Assembly: GCF_008831285.2 (NCBI RefSeq)
Contig: NC_045138.2
Location: 36,580,001 to 36,644,000 of the forward strand
Source: Nymphaea colorata
Taxonomy: Eukaryota
DNA length: 64,000 nt
Direction of reading: 5' to 3'
The notes below the pieces were generated by a model. It saw only the letters and a program-made list of their open reading frames with translations, had not been told where the DNA came from and made no database searches. Position numbers and translations under genes: made by a program. Of the stretch, positions 13,291 through 26,059 are shown piece after piece; the first letter of the stretch is position 1; every line of letters begins with the position of its first letter.

Positions 13291-13678
13291 CATAAACAGT
13301 GTTTAGATAACACTCCAACTCAGCATTTTTAGGCAAAACAAAACCGTTTTTTTTGGAGCATTTGGATGTATTCGAACCCAGAATATTCAAAAAATGAGTA
13401 TTGATAAAACTAGGTTCTCAAGGGGGATTGATTGAGTAAAGTGAAAATCCCCCTTGAGAACCTAGTTTTATCAATACTCATTTTTTGAATATTCTGGGTT
13501 CGAATACATCCAAATGCTCCAAAAAAACGGTTTTGTTTTGCCTAAAAATACTGATTTGGAGTGTTATCTAAACACTGTTTATGAGGCGTTTGAATGACAC
13601 CCAAAAACAAATTTTAGGTATAAAATATTGTTTTCTTTCCAAAAATCTATTTCAAACGCATTTGGATGACACAAAAAA
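13206..13678. repeat. Hairpin IR-A: arms ~13206-13429 / 13446-13678, ~16-nt loop
   Basis: ...ggttctcaagggggatt [loop] aatcccccttgagaacc... The inner ~170 bp are almost perfectly complementary. Confidence 0.95.
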
Positions 13679-15184
13679 TTTTTGACCTCATTGTTAACGT
13701 AATCTTAAAGGGTTACACAGCTAAATCGTGCTTAAATTTCAACTCTAGTCCTTTTTATCTTTTTCCAATGGGCAAGTTGAGTTAATCGGATCATGGCCGA
13801 TCAAAGTGCGATCTTGGGTAATCCACATTATATCGTCTATGTTAAACTCTCTCTCTCTCTCCCCACACAAACGAAATAAAATCCATATGTGACAGAAAAA
13901 AATGAATAAAATATATAAATTATAAAATCAGATGAACAAATAAAAATCCACAAACTCTCTCTTTCCTTCTCTCTAAATGACCCCAAGTCCCTAGCAGATA
14001 TACCACAACAAAAAATAAAGCAGCAAAAATCCTCTCTCTCTCTCTCTGTCTACACACACAAACAAATGCCTAAAATCTACACAATGCATATTATGAAAAT
14101 TTAATCAGTTAATGAAGAAAACTTAATCAAACAGTTACAATAAAAAGAATTAATGAATGAAAAACTTAAAACTTTGCTCAATCTGTTAATGAACAAAACA
14201 ATAAATGTTTGGCCTAGGGCGAGGATCAATGGACATTTTATGGCGAATTGAGTTATGGACGCCAGTGAATGGGTCATAACCCTCTCTTTAGTGAGAGCCC
14301 TCAACCACCATACACATACAGTCCTTCAACCATTTGGCCACTACAAATACATGGAGCTGTCTAAAGATTCTTTCACCCGTGTAGCCATCCAGCCTACTAT
14401 ACACGCAACTCGAGCCCGAGGATGGAGGAATCCTTATTTTCTATAGAAGATATGGATTCTTCTACACTTCTGCTTTATATATACATAGAAAATAAAGATT
14501 CCTCCACCTTCAAGTTGCTTGTCTAAAAGGCCTCGAGTTTTAACATTTGAATAATTGATTTTAATAGATCTTATTTTTCTCTTTTATCCAAGTAGCTTGA
14601 TATTTACCGATATATATGTGGTTGGAACATGCAAAAGGCCAATGACACCGTGCCTTAATCATTAATTCAATATTAATTATTTCAATGCAATAGCAATATC
14701 TACTATATGGGTTACCTTTGAAATTAGTAGGTCTATATAACTTAAAGGTAGCCGATCGTAGGATGAACAAATCTGCTGATTGTGCTGATTGTGCTTGTAA
14801 TATTTCCGTTAATGACAAATATAGAGATGCGCTCCTAAAGGGCGTTTCATGGCATGAATATTTGTTTCATATAATTTTTTTTTTTTTAAAAAAGACAATT
14901 TACCATCAATAAAAAATTTGGCCCATGACTTGCCCAGATTTCATTTCGTCTACATTAAGTCTTGAATACTATTATTTTCAATGTAAAGTTTCGGTTTCAG
15001 TTTTTGGGGAAAAAAAGAGTTGTTATTGTCTATAAGATGACGACGCTCTCTAAATATATAATAGGCCATCGTCCAGAGACAAATTATGTTCCACCATAAT
15101 TAGAGTCGAAGAGAGTCGAAGCCCTCATTCTTCTTTCCAGAGTACCAACTCTATTTTTTCTGGATGGTTCTATTCTTTGTACGA

Positions 15185-15392
15185 AGCATATGTCGGGACT
15201 CCAAGTGCTCAATCTCTCCGGCTGCGGCTGGACTTCTTCCTCGATCATTGCAGTGATACCTTTAAGAACAGATCAAGTTAAAAGAGACCCAAAAGCAATA
15301 TAGTAACTTCACGCAGCAGGAGATTCCGATCATAAGTTTTAGCATTATTAGGGCCTCCCTTCAATTGCTCAATTCCAATTTAGTACGAACCT
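15185..15392 (-). pseudogene. Antisense F-box gene fragment (intron 2 - exon 3), inverted relative to 12693-12920
   Basis: The reverse complement reads ...attgaagggaggccctaataatgctaaaac...gatcgaggaagaagtccagccgcagccggagagattgagcac. Confidence 0.9.
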
Positions 15393-15521
15393 GAAATGGA
15401 TTATAAATTGCTCTATGGACTTTGAGCAGGCCCGACGCCAAATGGTAATCAGACTTTTACCAAGAATCTTCCTTCTGCAGGGACGACACCAAAACTTTTT
15501 TAATGAGACTGCTGTTTCTTT

Positions 15522-15632
15522 GTTGAGCGGAAAATGTCTTAAATCTGCTGAAACATACTGCAAATTCTTTGTTTGCTTTCTTTTGGAATATATTACAAAA
15601 CTTTTGTGTACTACATATATTTTCAAATTAAA
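15522..15632 (+). pseudogene. F-box 3' UTR-like fragment in module Y (antisense copy 24285-24385; sense copy 55672-55774)
   Basis: ttgagcgga...tttgtttgctttcttttggaatatatt...tgtgtacta...tcaaatt resembles 10641-10750 (ttgagcgga...tttgtctgctctcttttggaatatact...tgtgtacta...tcaaatt). Confidence 0.75.
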
Positions 15633-16284
15633 GGTTTCAGGGCACTACTTATAAGATTTCTCCACCAAAACAGGACCACTCTGAAACTAGGAAACGGTTT
15701 TGAGAGGAATCAATTTTCGTTGATCTGTTGCAGCGTCGGAGCAAATGAAAGTAAGAGTCTCCTCGTTATAATGTGATTGCAGGAAAATAACTAATGCCAA
15801 CTTGAGGGCATAGTTCAAGCGAGTGGGCTGTGACACATACTAGATTATACAATATGTTCCAGTTTGATCCATGGGAAAAACAATGTTGTTAACTTAAATG
15901 TCATAATGCAAAACGATATGTTAAGCCGAGCGATGCATACTAAGGTGAAGTGATGCGTAAACATCACGACCAAAATTTGGTTAATAATCTAAGAAGCAAT
16001 ATCAATTCAAAGCACATGATATAAAAATTTTCCTAATGAATTCAAACCACATAAATTGAAAGAAAGATATATGAGGAACGCATTATCTTCAAGGCATTTG
16101 ATTTGATAGAATATGGAAAAATGAGTCTCATACAGAGAATTTTTCTTCCAAAAAACGTTGGATAAGTACATCAAAGTTCCTAATAGTTATAAAATTTGTC
16201 TAGTACAATTTAAAAAGAAAAATTCAAAGTAGACAAATTTTGGAAGCTTATTCAGAATCATCATATCATGTTCATTTCTGCATC

Positions 16285-16633
16285 ATCTTGACTCGAGTAT
16301 GATTTCATTAGCTCGAGCTCGACTCGGCTCGTGTTCTTAAAACTCGAACTCGGCTCTACTTGACCTCGAGGCTCGCCCAGCCAATTCATTTAATTCAAAA
16401 AGTATTTTATATAACTTTAGCAATCTAATCACTTGCATACCTATTTGGGCAATCTACTTTTATAGATAATTTTATGAAACGTATTTTATATAATTTCTTT
16501 CATAAGCTTAACCGACTTTAACCAAGCCAAACACACTTAACTTAAGCTCGACTTGTTTAGGTGTCTGGTTCAAGTCAAATTTACAAGTGATTTCGAGTCG
16601 AGCTCCGGTTAGCCAGATTCGTTAAACAGCCCT
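16285..16633. mobile_element. Truncated non-autonomous hAT-like element (gagctcgactcg subterminal repeats, ends ...aaacagcccta); diverged copy ~43505-43852
   Basis: Clusters of ctcgagctcgactcggctcg and a CAGCCCTA terminus, typical of plant TAGGGCTG-ended hAT derivatives. Confidence 0.55.
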
Positions 16634-17250
16634 AGCTCGATAGTCGCATCCATCGGCCCATATGCATCCTTGATTTCAAGACTTATTATGGTGGAACATA
16701 ATTTGTCTCTTAACTAGTCGGACTGATTGTATTACCTTGGCCTTTTATATATTTAGAGAGCGTCGTCTTCTTATAGACAATAACAACTCTTTTTTTTTTC
16801 CCCCAAAAACTAAAACCGGAACTTTACATTGAAAATAATAGTATTCAAGACTTAATGTAGACTAAATGAATTCTGGGCAAATCATGGGTTGCTTTTTTAT
16901 CGATGGTAAATTGTCTTCCTTTTTTATTTTATTTTATTTTATATGGAACAAATATTACATGCCATGAAACGCCCTTTAAGAGCGCATCTCTATATCTGCC
17001 ATTAACGGAAATATTACAATCACAATTAGCAGATTTGTTCATCCTACGATCGGCTACCTTTAAGGTATCTAGACCTACTAATTTCAAAGGTACCCCATAT
17101 AGTAGATATTGCTATTGCAATGAAATAATTAATATTGAATTAATGATGGTCCATCAATATGGTTGGACACTAACTCCATTGAGATTGACTTGCTTGTATT
17201 GTAGAGTTTGAGTAAAGGCACGGTGTCATTGGCCTCTTCCTTGTTCCAAT

Positions 17251-17302
<52 letters not shown>

Positions 17303-18124
17303 TATGGTAAACATCAAGGCACTTGGATAAAAGAGAAAAATCAGATTTATTAAAATTAATTATTCAAATGGTGTTTTACAACTTGAGGCCTATTAGACAA
17401 GCAACTTGAACGTGGAGAAATCTTTATTTTCTATGTATATATTTAGCCGGAGTGTAGAAAAATCCGTATCTTTTATAGAAAATATGGATTTCTCCACCAT
17501 CAGGCTAGGGTTGTGTATTAGTAGGCTGGATGGCTACATGGGTGGACTAATCTTTATACAGCTCCATGTATTAGTAGTGGCTAGATGGTTGGAGGACTCC
17601 AATGTCTTATATTTTTTTTATATCGACATGCGTATATATGTATGCGTATGGTATATATGTATGCGTATGGTGGTTGAGAGTTCTTACTAGACAAAGGGTT
17701 ATGGCCCATTCACTGGCGTCCACAGCTCAATCCGCCATAAAATGTACATTGATCCTTGCCCTTGGCCTAACATTTATTGTTTTGTAGTGTTTTGTTCATT
17801 AACATATTGAACTAAGTTTTAAGTTTCCCATAGATTAATTTTTTTATTGTGGCTGTTTGATTAAGCTTTCTTCATTAACTGATTGAATTTTCATACTACG
17901 CAGTGTGTAGATTTTAGGAATTTGTTTGTGTGTAGAGAGAGAGAGAGAGGATTTTTGCTGCTTTATTTTTTGTTGTGGTATATATGTTAGGGACTTAGGG
18001 TCATTTAGAGAGAAGGAAAGAGAGAGTGTGTGTGTGGATTTTTATTGGTTCATCTGATTTTATAATTTGTACATTTTATTATTTTTTTCTGTCCCATACG
18101 GATTTTATCATATGTCGTTTGTGT

Positions 18125-18169
<45 letters not shown>

Positions 18170-19464
18170 AACATAGACGATATAATGTTGATCATTTCTT
18201 CGCCATGTCTTGATCGGACCATGTACGTCGGATACTGAACCCAAAGATCGCACTTTGATCGGCCATTATCTGATTAACTCAACTTGCCAATTGGAAAAAA
18301 GACAAAAGAGTTGAAATTTAGGCATGATTTAGCTGTGTAGCCCATAAGATTACGTTAACAATGAGGACAAGAATTATCTGCTGCACAACATGGTAGTGTT
18401 TTGAATCTGGAAATGTCCATATCTAGAAAAGTATCGAAGATAAACAAATATGTGTTCCAACAAACTACGTACAAATATCTTTAAGGGATTTGTTGGAATC
18501 GACAGTGGGTGCATGTAAAAAGGTAGAAAAATCGGCATGGTTGCCACACGAGATTATCACAATGACGAAGTTGCAGCATTAGAAAGTGAGATGTTATTAG
18601 AAAGTGCCGTAAATGAATTGGATGCAGATTTCACTTGTTTAGAGCCTATTCATTCTTGGGTCTGGAACTAAATTTGATTGGATTTGATAATTCATGCATT
18701 TTATAAAGAGATTTGATTCGGATCGAGATCCAAAATCAAGTTTGACCAAGTTAGTTAAATGTACATGAGGTCAAACTGAATTTCTCATGTTTAATTGTTA
18801 TAAATTAAGTCCAAAATAATAGACAAATTTATGAAAATAAGGCAAGACTTGGAAACTAGTAATAAGTAATGGACGATGAAATTGAATCACCCTGTTTCTT
18901 GAAGGAGTGCAGACGCACTACTTTTTATTGTGCACTCAACTCTTAATGACAGATACAGAGATGCCCTCTTAAGGGGTTAATGACAGGCGCTACTTCCCAC
19001 ATTGCATGGATTAAGAACCTCGTTTTTAAAAACTAGTTTTCAGAAAACCTTTTTTTTTTTTTTAGTGCGTCATCCAAACTACTAATTACTAAACTAGGTT
19101 AGACAAGGGTCTCCAAACACCTCCAAACTTAACTGGCATTAAAGAAAGGTAAACACAAATGAAGAAAGTATATATTAATGACAAGACACGAAGATATAAC
19201 CCCTCGACTATTTTCTTCAAACATTTCAATTCAGTAACATTTTATACCACACACTTCACGCAAGCAAAGGTGTTATAAAATGTGTTTTAACAGGGACGTC
19301 ATACCACCAAACTGTGTACGATACATGTTGTTATACATGGACAAAATATTAATGTGAATGATATTTATAACACCTTTGGATGAAAACATCAAACGTCATC
19401 TAAATTTCATTCACATTATATTTTGTATTTTGTGAATGAAAACATCAAACGTCACCTAAAGGTG

Positions 19465-19807
19465 TTAGTCTCGTTTTTCAGCCCGGTTCCGACAACATTG
19501 GACCAGGCGCTTGCGGCGTTCGCCTACTTTGATAGCAACGCATTGCAAGCAAATAGAGTGTCAGTTTGTTCCTATTAGAGTCATGAGCTTGTTGTAGTCG
19601 GTCCGCGTCCTTGCAGGGTTCGTTCTTCGAGCCCTGCTGATCCCTTCCCCTCTCCCCCAGGGACCTACCGTATGGAGTATAGCCAAGTGGTCAGGTTTTT
19701 GGTACCGGCATGCAAAGGTTCCAATCCTTTGACTCAAGATTATGTACACCCGATCGGATCTGTCAATAGCGAGCTGACGACTACAGGGGAAGCGGCTGAC
19801 TGCAGCT
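19465..19807 (+). other. Probable mitochondrial DNA insert (NUMT) flanked by 8-bp direct repeat TAAAGGTG
   Basis: GC-richer than its flanks and contains a plant mitochondrial trnQ-like sequence. TAAAGGTG occurs at 19457-19464 and 19808-19815. Confidence 0.75.
19673..19738 (+). pseudogene. trnQ: Degenerate mitochondrial-type tRNA-Gln(UUG)
   Basis: TGGAGTATAGCCAAGTGGT...TTTTTGGTACCGGCATGCAAAGGTTC(C)AATCCTTT matches plant mitochondrial trnQ as I recall it. The 5' side of the anticodon stem is deleted and the T-loop is mutated. Confidence 0.8.
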
Positions 19808-22800
19808 TAAAGGTGACGTTTGATGTTTTCATTCACAAAATATAATGTGAATGAAATTTAGGTGACGTTTGATGTTTTCATCCAAAGGTGTTATAAATAC
19901 CATTCACATTAATATTTTGTCCATGTATAACAACATGTATCGTACACAGTTTGGTGGTATGACGTCCCTGTTACAACACATTTTATAACACCTTTGCTGC
20001 GTGAAGTGTGTGGTATAAAATGTTACTGAATTGAAATGTTTGAAGAAAATAGTCGAGGGGTTATATCTTCGTGTCTTGTCATTAATATATACTTTCTTCA
20101 TTTGTGTTTACCTTTCTTTAATGCCAGTTAAGTTTGGAGGTGTTTGGGTGAGACCCTTGTCTAACCTAGTTTAGTAATTACTAGTTTGGATGACGCACTA
20201 AAAAAAATGGTTTTCTGAAAACTAGTTTTTAAAAGCGAGGTTTTTAATCCATGCACGGTGGGGACCTTAGATTAATTAATCTAATTAATTAATGTAATTG
20301 AGTGCAAAAACCATGCATGAAGGTAATGAAGAACAAAAACCATTAAAGTAATTGAGTGCGTCATATGTAAATTGGCAGTGAACCACTTGACTAACTTGAT
20401 TAATGTGAACGAGTACAACTTTTGCTTTTAACTTTGAAAAGTGACTACTAGGTAACTCTATGCGTGGGTAACAGTTGATGTTGATATCCTGACAAGTAAA
20501 TGAATGGTCACGGTGTATAGCAAAACCAGAGCGTGACTTGATCATCTGATTCATGACAAAAACATGCTAGAGAAAGAACAACTAAAGCATAAGTCCCAAG
20601 AAAAGTGAATCGACGAAGACGATCTTGACGATCTTACAGAAAGAGGAGGAAAATCAGAAGAAACCTCGTACAGAAGATAGGGTTAAAAAAAACAAGCAAA
20701 AAGGAAGGGAAATCAGGCGCTCGACCCGAAAATAACTGACATTATCAACCTCGCACACGTCCGCCACAATATTTGAATTATCATCGGCCTGGCTTTTCTG
20801 TTTCACAGTCAAGCGGAATGACCTCGCCATTTCCTCGCTTCTGCGAGAAACGAGTCAGATCAATTCCCGACTCGAAAGACAGTGATGATTGGCGGACTGA
20901 ACAAGTTTGGGGAGAAGAGGATTCCACGGTCACTTTGAACGTAGAGAAGCCGGAATAATCTCTCTCGCTCCTCTTTCGCTGCTTTTCCTCTTTCCCGCGC
21001 TGTAGAAACCAAACGCTACGCCTCAGATTGATTGCTATTGGTGGGTGGTGAACACCTTTTATATGAATACGGAGGAACCCAAACCGCCTTTCCCGCTTTG
21101 AATTATCGTCGGACAGGTTATGCACGGGGTTTATCTGTTTCACCGTCAACGGAATGAGCTTGCCGTTTCCTCGCTTCTGCAAAGACAACCTGCAAGAAAA
21201 AAATTGGATGACCGTGAGATCAGAGGAATAAGAAAAAAATAACCGGAAGAAAAAATTCGGATGACCGTGAGATTCAGGCCGCCGGAGAAGGGTGGATTGC
21301 TGTCATCCTTCCTCACCTAGCACTGACCCCTAATCTCTCTACAAGTTTAGCACAGTGTAATCTGTTTATTGATGTTGTGTTCTATATTTTTTTTTTCTTA
21401 AGTATTTACGCCTTTATACTATTTTTAGTCTTTCTCTTCTTTGATATTTTTTATTTTTAATTATTTTTAAATTTTAAAATATTTTTTTTTATCAAATTCG
21501 ATTCGCAAAGGATTCCAATGCCAATTGGATTTACCGAATTTCTGAACCATTTGGCTTTAAGATTCTATTCATAAATAAAGTTGCTACAAAGATAATGAAT
21601 AACCACGAGTCAGAAACCAGTTATTCATAACATTAAATGCATACTCAACCGTTACAGGCCTGTCCTACCTTTTGTTTACAAAGTTAAATAAACGAAGAGT
21701 TCCAGCCAAATTGTTGTTACGACTAGCAACCAGGCGCATCCTCCTGTCCATGATCAACCAGTTCGGCTTGATAATTTCAGGCATTATTAGATCTAAAGAA
21801 ATAAGCATGTCCAACTATCAAACAATGTGCCAGTCAGAATAATAAATTTCATGGCTGCATGGAGCAACAATGCAATTGCAAAAGAATTTCAACATCTGTG
21901 AAATTTACAGTCATATGTAGATCATGGATGTACGGAGACGTATAATAGAAACCACAATTAATGTGCCCATAAGGACTAGTTGTCTTGAACCCGAACACGA
22001 TTTCCCTTCCTCGACCTGTCAACAATAGCGAACACTTCAGGTATAATGCAGATAAGATAGTAGCAGAAGGCAGGTCATAGAGTTGGAGCAAGAAATCTAC
22101 TTCCATGTTTGACAACCAAGCCAGACAATAAATGAACACCATGCAAGCAAATTCTGTGTGTGGGTGAAAATGAAATTCACACTAATATGGATCCTTGGCA
22201 CATCACAATTTTATGGATTCCTGAGTAAGTCTACCTGCACATGCTTCATGTTTACATAAAATACCCTTCTTTTGGCTTGCAAAAAAGAGATACCTTCAAC
22301 AAAGTTGCCAGCCGGAAGACCATTTGGTCCTCTGTATATTCTCTAAAGAAAAAGTTGGATAACGTGCTTATCACAAAACAATGAGCAGAAAAAATTATGA
22401 TGTTTAATAGATGACAATTACAAACACCTCAACAGGAAAATATTAATCCAAAGGACCCAGCTTGGTTAGATCCTCCTTGGTTTGGCAGAAAAATACATAA
22501 AAGCAAAGCTTGAAGGGCCAACAATACTTCCCAATATGCTCAAAGAGCGTTTTCTCTCCCTAAGTGCATTGTTTATATGTGTAACCCGGAGCCGAATGCG
22601 CTTCTCGGAATCAATAAACCTTTTCGCTTTCAATCAGTGAAACAAATAAAATCCATATGGGGATCCCACCACAAGATCAATCTGTCCAATTGTAATCCGC
22701 AAAACCGTCGTTTCCAACTCATGTCCGACATTTGGTTCCAACACATGGTGTCTCATATCGGCTTGTATTAAGCTATTTTCTATTTTTCAGTTAATTAATT

Positions 22801-23337
22801 ATTAGCTTAGAATGTTTAATAACACGAAAGCGTAAATGAAATCAATATCGTTTTGCATGAAGAGAACACTGCTTTCAGACCCAAATACTTTTTCCCCAAT
22901 GATTCAAGTAATTGGTCAACGATACACACTACTTGATCTAGAACCAAATGGGATGGCTGCCCAATGAGGATTACAGCTTCTCTTCCTTTTCAAGATCTTT
23001 GGATTCTTGTTCTTAAATAGTCAAAGGGAAGAAGTCATTCCCTATCCAATTATAGATTATTTAGTTTGAGCAAGTGAAGCTTATAGATGCAACTCAATTA
23101 TATCAATTATCCAACCGCCTTCTCTCCGTGCGTTCTTTTTACACGAATATTAAAAATACCTTCTGACACTGCTCTTCTGCCTTCAAGCAAGCAGCGGGCC
23201 AGTGGCCAGCCAAGAGGTTCGCTTTTATTGAGTGTTGGGAGCATGTGATCATAACAGCTTGGAGGTAAAAAAAGAAAAAATAAATGGTGTTACTTGAGCA
23301 ATGTTACCGTCATTATTGACAAGTATATAAAACTTCG

Positions 23338-23526
23338 CCATGATGTGTAATCAAAATTTTAGAATTGTTTATGATGTCCTTATGTATATGATTTTTAACA
23401 CCAACCTGGATCGCAACTCTTTTAGAACTTGACCATGATGTGTAATTGCAATTTTGAATTGCTTATGATGTAGTTATGTATATGAGTCTTGTACATTAAA
23501 CACCAAACTGGAATCGCAACTCTTTT
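23338..23526 (+). repeat. ~95-bp diverged tandem duplication
   Basis: ccatgatgtgtaat...atcgcaactctttt occurs twice. Confidence 0.8.
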
Positions 23527-26059
23527 TCGCTGTTTGTTTTTTCACTATACTCCATGTAGTTAATGCATAAAGAGGTTGTTAGGGGTAGGCGTTTTTTTTT
23601 TCATTATTTTTAATCAGTTGCTTAACCATTCTAAAAAAATCTATGCAGAAATGAACATGATTTGAATAAGCTGCCAAAATTTGTCTACTTTGATTTTTTT
23701 TTTTTTAATTTATTAGACAAATTTATAACTATTACGAATTTTGATGTACTTATCCAATGTTTTTTGGATGAAAAGTTCTCTCTATGAGACCCGTTTTTCG
23801 TATTCTATCAATCAAATGCCTTGAAGATAATGTGTTCCTCATATATGTTTCTTTCGATTTATGTGGTTTGAATTCATTTTAGGAAAATTTTTATATCATG
23901 TGATTTGAATTGATATTGTTTCGTAGATATTAACCAAATTTTGGCCGTGCTGTTTACGCATCACTTCACCTTAGTATGCATCGCCTCGGCTTAACATATT
24001 GTTTTGCCTAATCACATTAAGTTAACAACATTGTTTTTCCATGGATCAAACTGGAACACATTCTATAATGTAGTATCAATGTGTCACGGCCCACTCGTTT
24101 GAACAATGCCCTCAAGTTGCATTAGTTCTTTTCCTGCAATCACATTATAGCGATGAGACTCTTTTAACTTTCATTTGCTCCAATGCTGCAACAGATCAAT
24201 GAAAATTGATTCCTCTCAAAACCGTTTCCTAGTTCAGAGCAATCCTGTTTTGGTGGAGAAATCTTACAAGTAGTGCCTGAAGTCTTTAATTTGAAAATAT
24301 ATGTAGTACACTAAAGTTTTGCAATATATTCCAAAGAAAGCAAACGAGATTTGCAGTATATATCGCAGATTTAATACATTTTCCGGTCGATCACCGATGG
24401 AAACAGTATTGTGGCTGGGCCTTGCTAGCCTGAACAATAAAGCTCGATAGGAAAACCCATCATTTTACCTTCTCTTTTAGCTTTTAGCTTTTTATTAGAA
24501 AAAGTCGGCATGCATTCCTGAGGCGTACGCCTCAACACAAGCGCAATTTGTGGTGAAGCGCGCACCTTTCCTAGGTGGGTAAGATGTGCCCTCACACGTC
24601 AGCTAGGAAGCCTTTTCTTGCAAAATCGCATTGAGGCGTACGCTTCGTACGCCTTTTGCAACACGCATCCATTAACCACAAAAGGCATAGTTCCCGTTGA
24701 TGAAATCTCTCACATCCTCCGCAGGGTTTGCATCGGTTGGACTTCACATCCAATTGCTTGAATTCATACTGATTGGATTATTCACTAGAAAGCACTGATG
24801 CACAGATGTGATTGCACATAAATTGCATGATCCTCAGTGTCACTTTTTTTCTAGAGCAGGTAGCTGCTGCTGTTTGGTTGAGCTTAGCCGGATATATGTA
24901 TGTTCAGACGGGTTTCTTCTGTAAGAGATGTAATTCAACAAATCTAAATTTTATTTAAATGAATTACACCTGCATTATTTTGGGACTAATGATCAACATC
25001 CACAACATTAAAGATTTGGTTATAAAATGAACATCTAAAAATCCATAAAAGGGAATGTAGTTTATATTAACATCGTCTAAAATTCGGGTGTATGGAATAT
25101 GGATGACTTATCTAGTGAGATGTTCCTTGCAACGCATTCTGAAGGCTGAACTCTGTGGTATAACAAAACGGTTTTCTTCTTTAAAATTTCTTTTTAGGAG
25201 CTTATAATTTTACTCTTCATGGTGCCTCAGAAAAATACAAAACGATCAATGTGTCTAAAAATGCAAAACATCAAAACCCGGATTAGCGTGTGAACAGACA
25301 GGAGACCGAAGAGTTGTTAATTGGGATTTTTGAAACTTGGCTGAATTTTTGACAAGAACCTTCTCATTTGCTGCAAACTACTACCCCGTAAAGCACACTC
25401 TGACATATTGTAGGACATTTGCTTTTGTTCTTCAGTTGGAATTAGCCAAGAAAGTTGTGCCTTCATGTGTAGCAAATTCTAGGAAACAATATCTAATATT
25501 TAAAAAGGTGGCATGTCGTCTGAACTCTTGAATCATATATCATCAAGGGCAGGGGAGGGCATAGTATCATCTGTCATAGACATGCAACTTAAACCCAAAT
25601 ATTTTATAAGACAGGCCGAAGTAAGTCGAGGATTGCGGCCAGTGGCATCCACGACACAATTGGCTTCATTCGTTTCTGTTACCCAATTTCTTTTTCCTCT
25701 CTCTATTTGCTGGCTGGCTTCCAAATTGCAATCAATAGATGTGTTCCCGAGTTCTCTGGTTGAACGATTAACGAGCTGCGGCAATTAATACTACTGGGAC
25801 TATGATGCAATCTGCTAATTCTTTGCAGCGTCATCACACCATCTGATTAAAAAAAAAAATCGTAAAAGACATTTAATGACAATGCGTTGGCCATTGACGG
25901 CCCAGTTAAGAAGAGATCGATCTGCGGATTCGCACAGCTTTCAAAAACAAAAGGGATTTGGAAGCATGTGGGAGATGAGAACCAACTAAGGCAGACGAAA
26001 AACACATCTTCTTTCCTTCTTAGAATAGACCAGTATAGAATAGATCCAGCTTAGGCAGA

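Larger units (their letters stand above)
13686..18366. repeat. Inverted repeat IR-B: module X at 13686-15100 vs 16685-18366, ~1.6 kb spacer
   Basis: Ends pair as cctcattgttaacgtaatctt / aagattacgttaacaatgagg and aattatgttccaccataat / attatggtggaacataatt. Colinear between, with indels. Confidence 0.92.
18996..20262. repeat. Hairpin IR-D: arms 18996-19457 / 19811-20262, with a 343-bp insert at the apex
   Basis: cccacattgcatgg...aaacgtcacct pairs with aggtgacgttt...ccatgcacggtggg, with few mismatches. Confidence 0.95.
15528..24385. repeat. Long-range inverted repeat IR-C: module Y at 15528-16283 vs 23643-24385
   Basis: Ends pair as cggaaaatgt / acattttccg and catgttcatttctgcat / atgcagaaatgaacatg. 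A third, direct copy lies at ~55565-56157. Confidence 0.9.

Noticed and set aside
19673..19738. Functional tRNA-Gln gene
   Set aside because: One anticodon-stem strand is deleted and the T-loop is mutated, so it cannot fold properly.
18996..20262. Pack-MULE (long TIRs around captured DNA)
   Set aside because: There is no 9-bp TSD at the outer ends (gcgctactt vs gaccttaga). The duplication flanks the insert instead.
24519..24655. tgaggcgtacgcctca palindrome and related motifs
   Set aside because: Short motif cluster typical of plant non-autonomous repeat remnants, with no independent sign of function.
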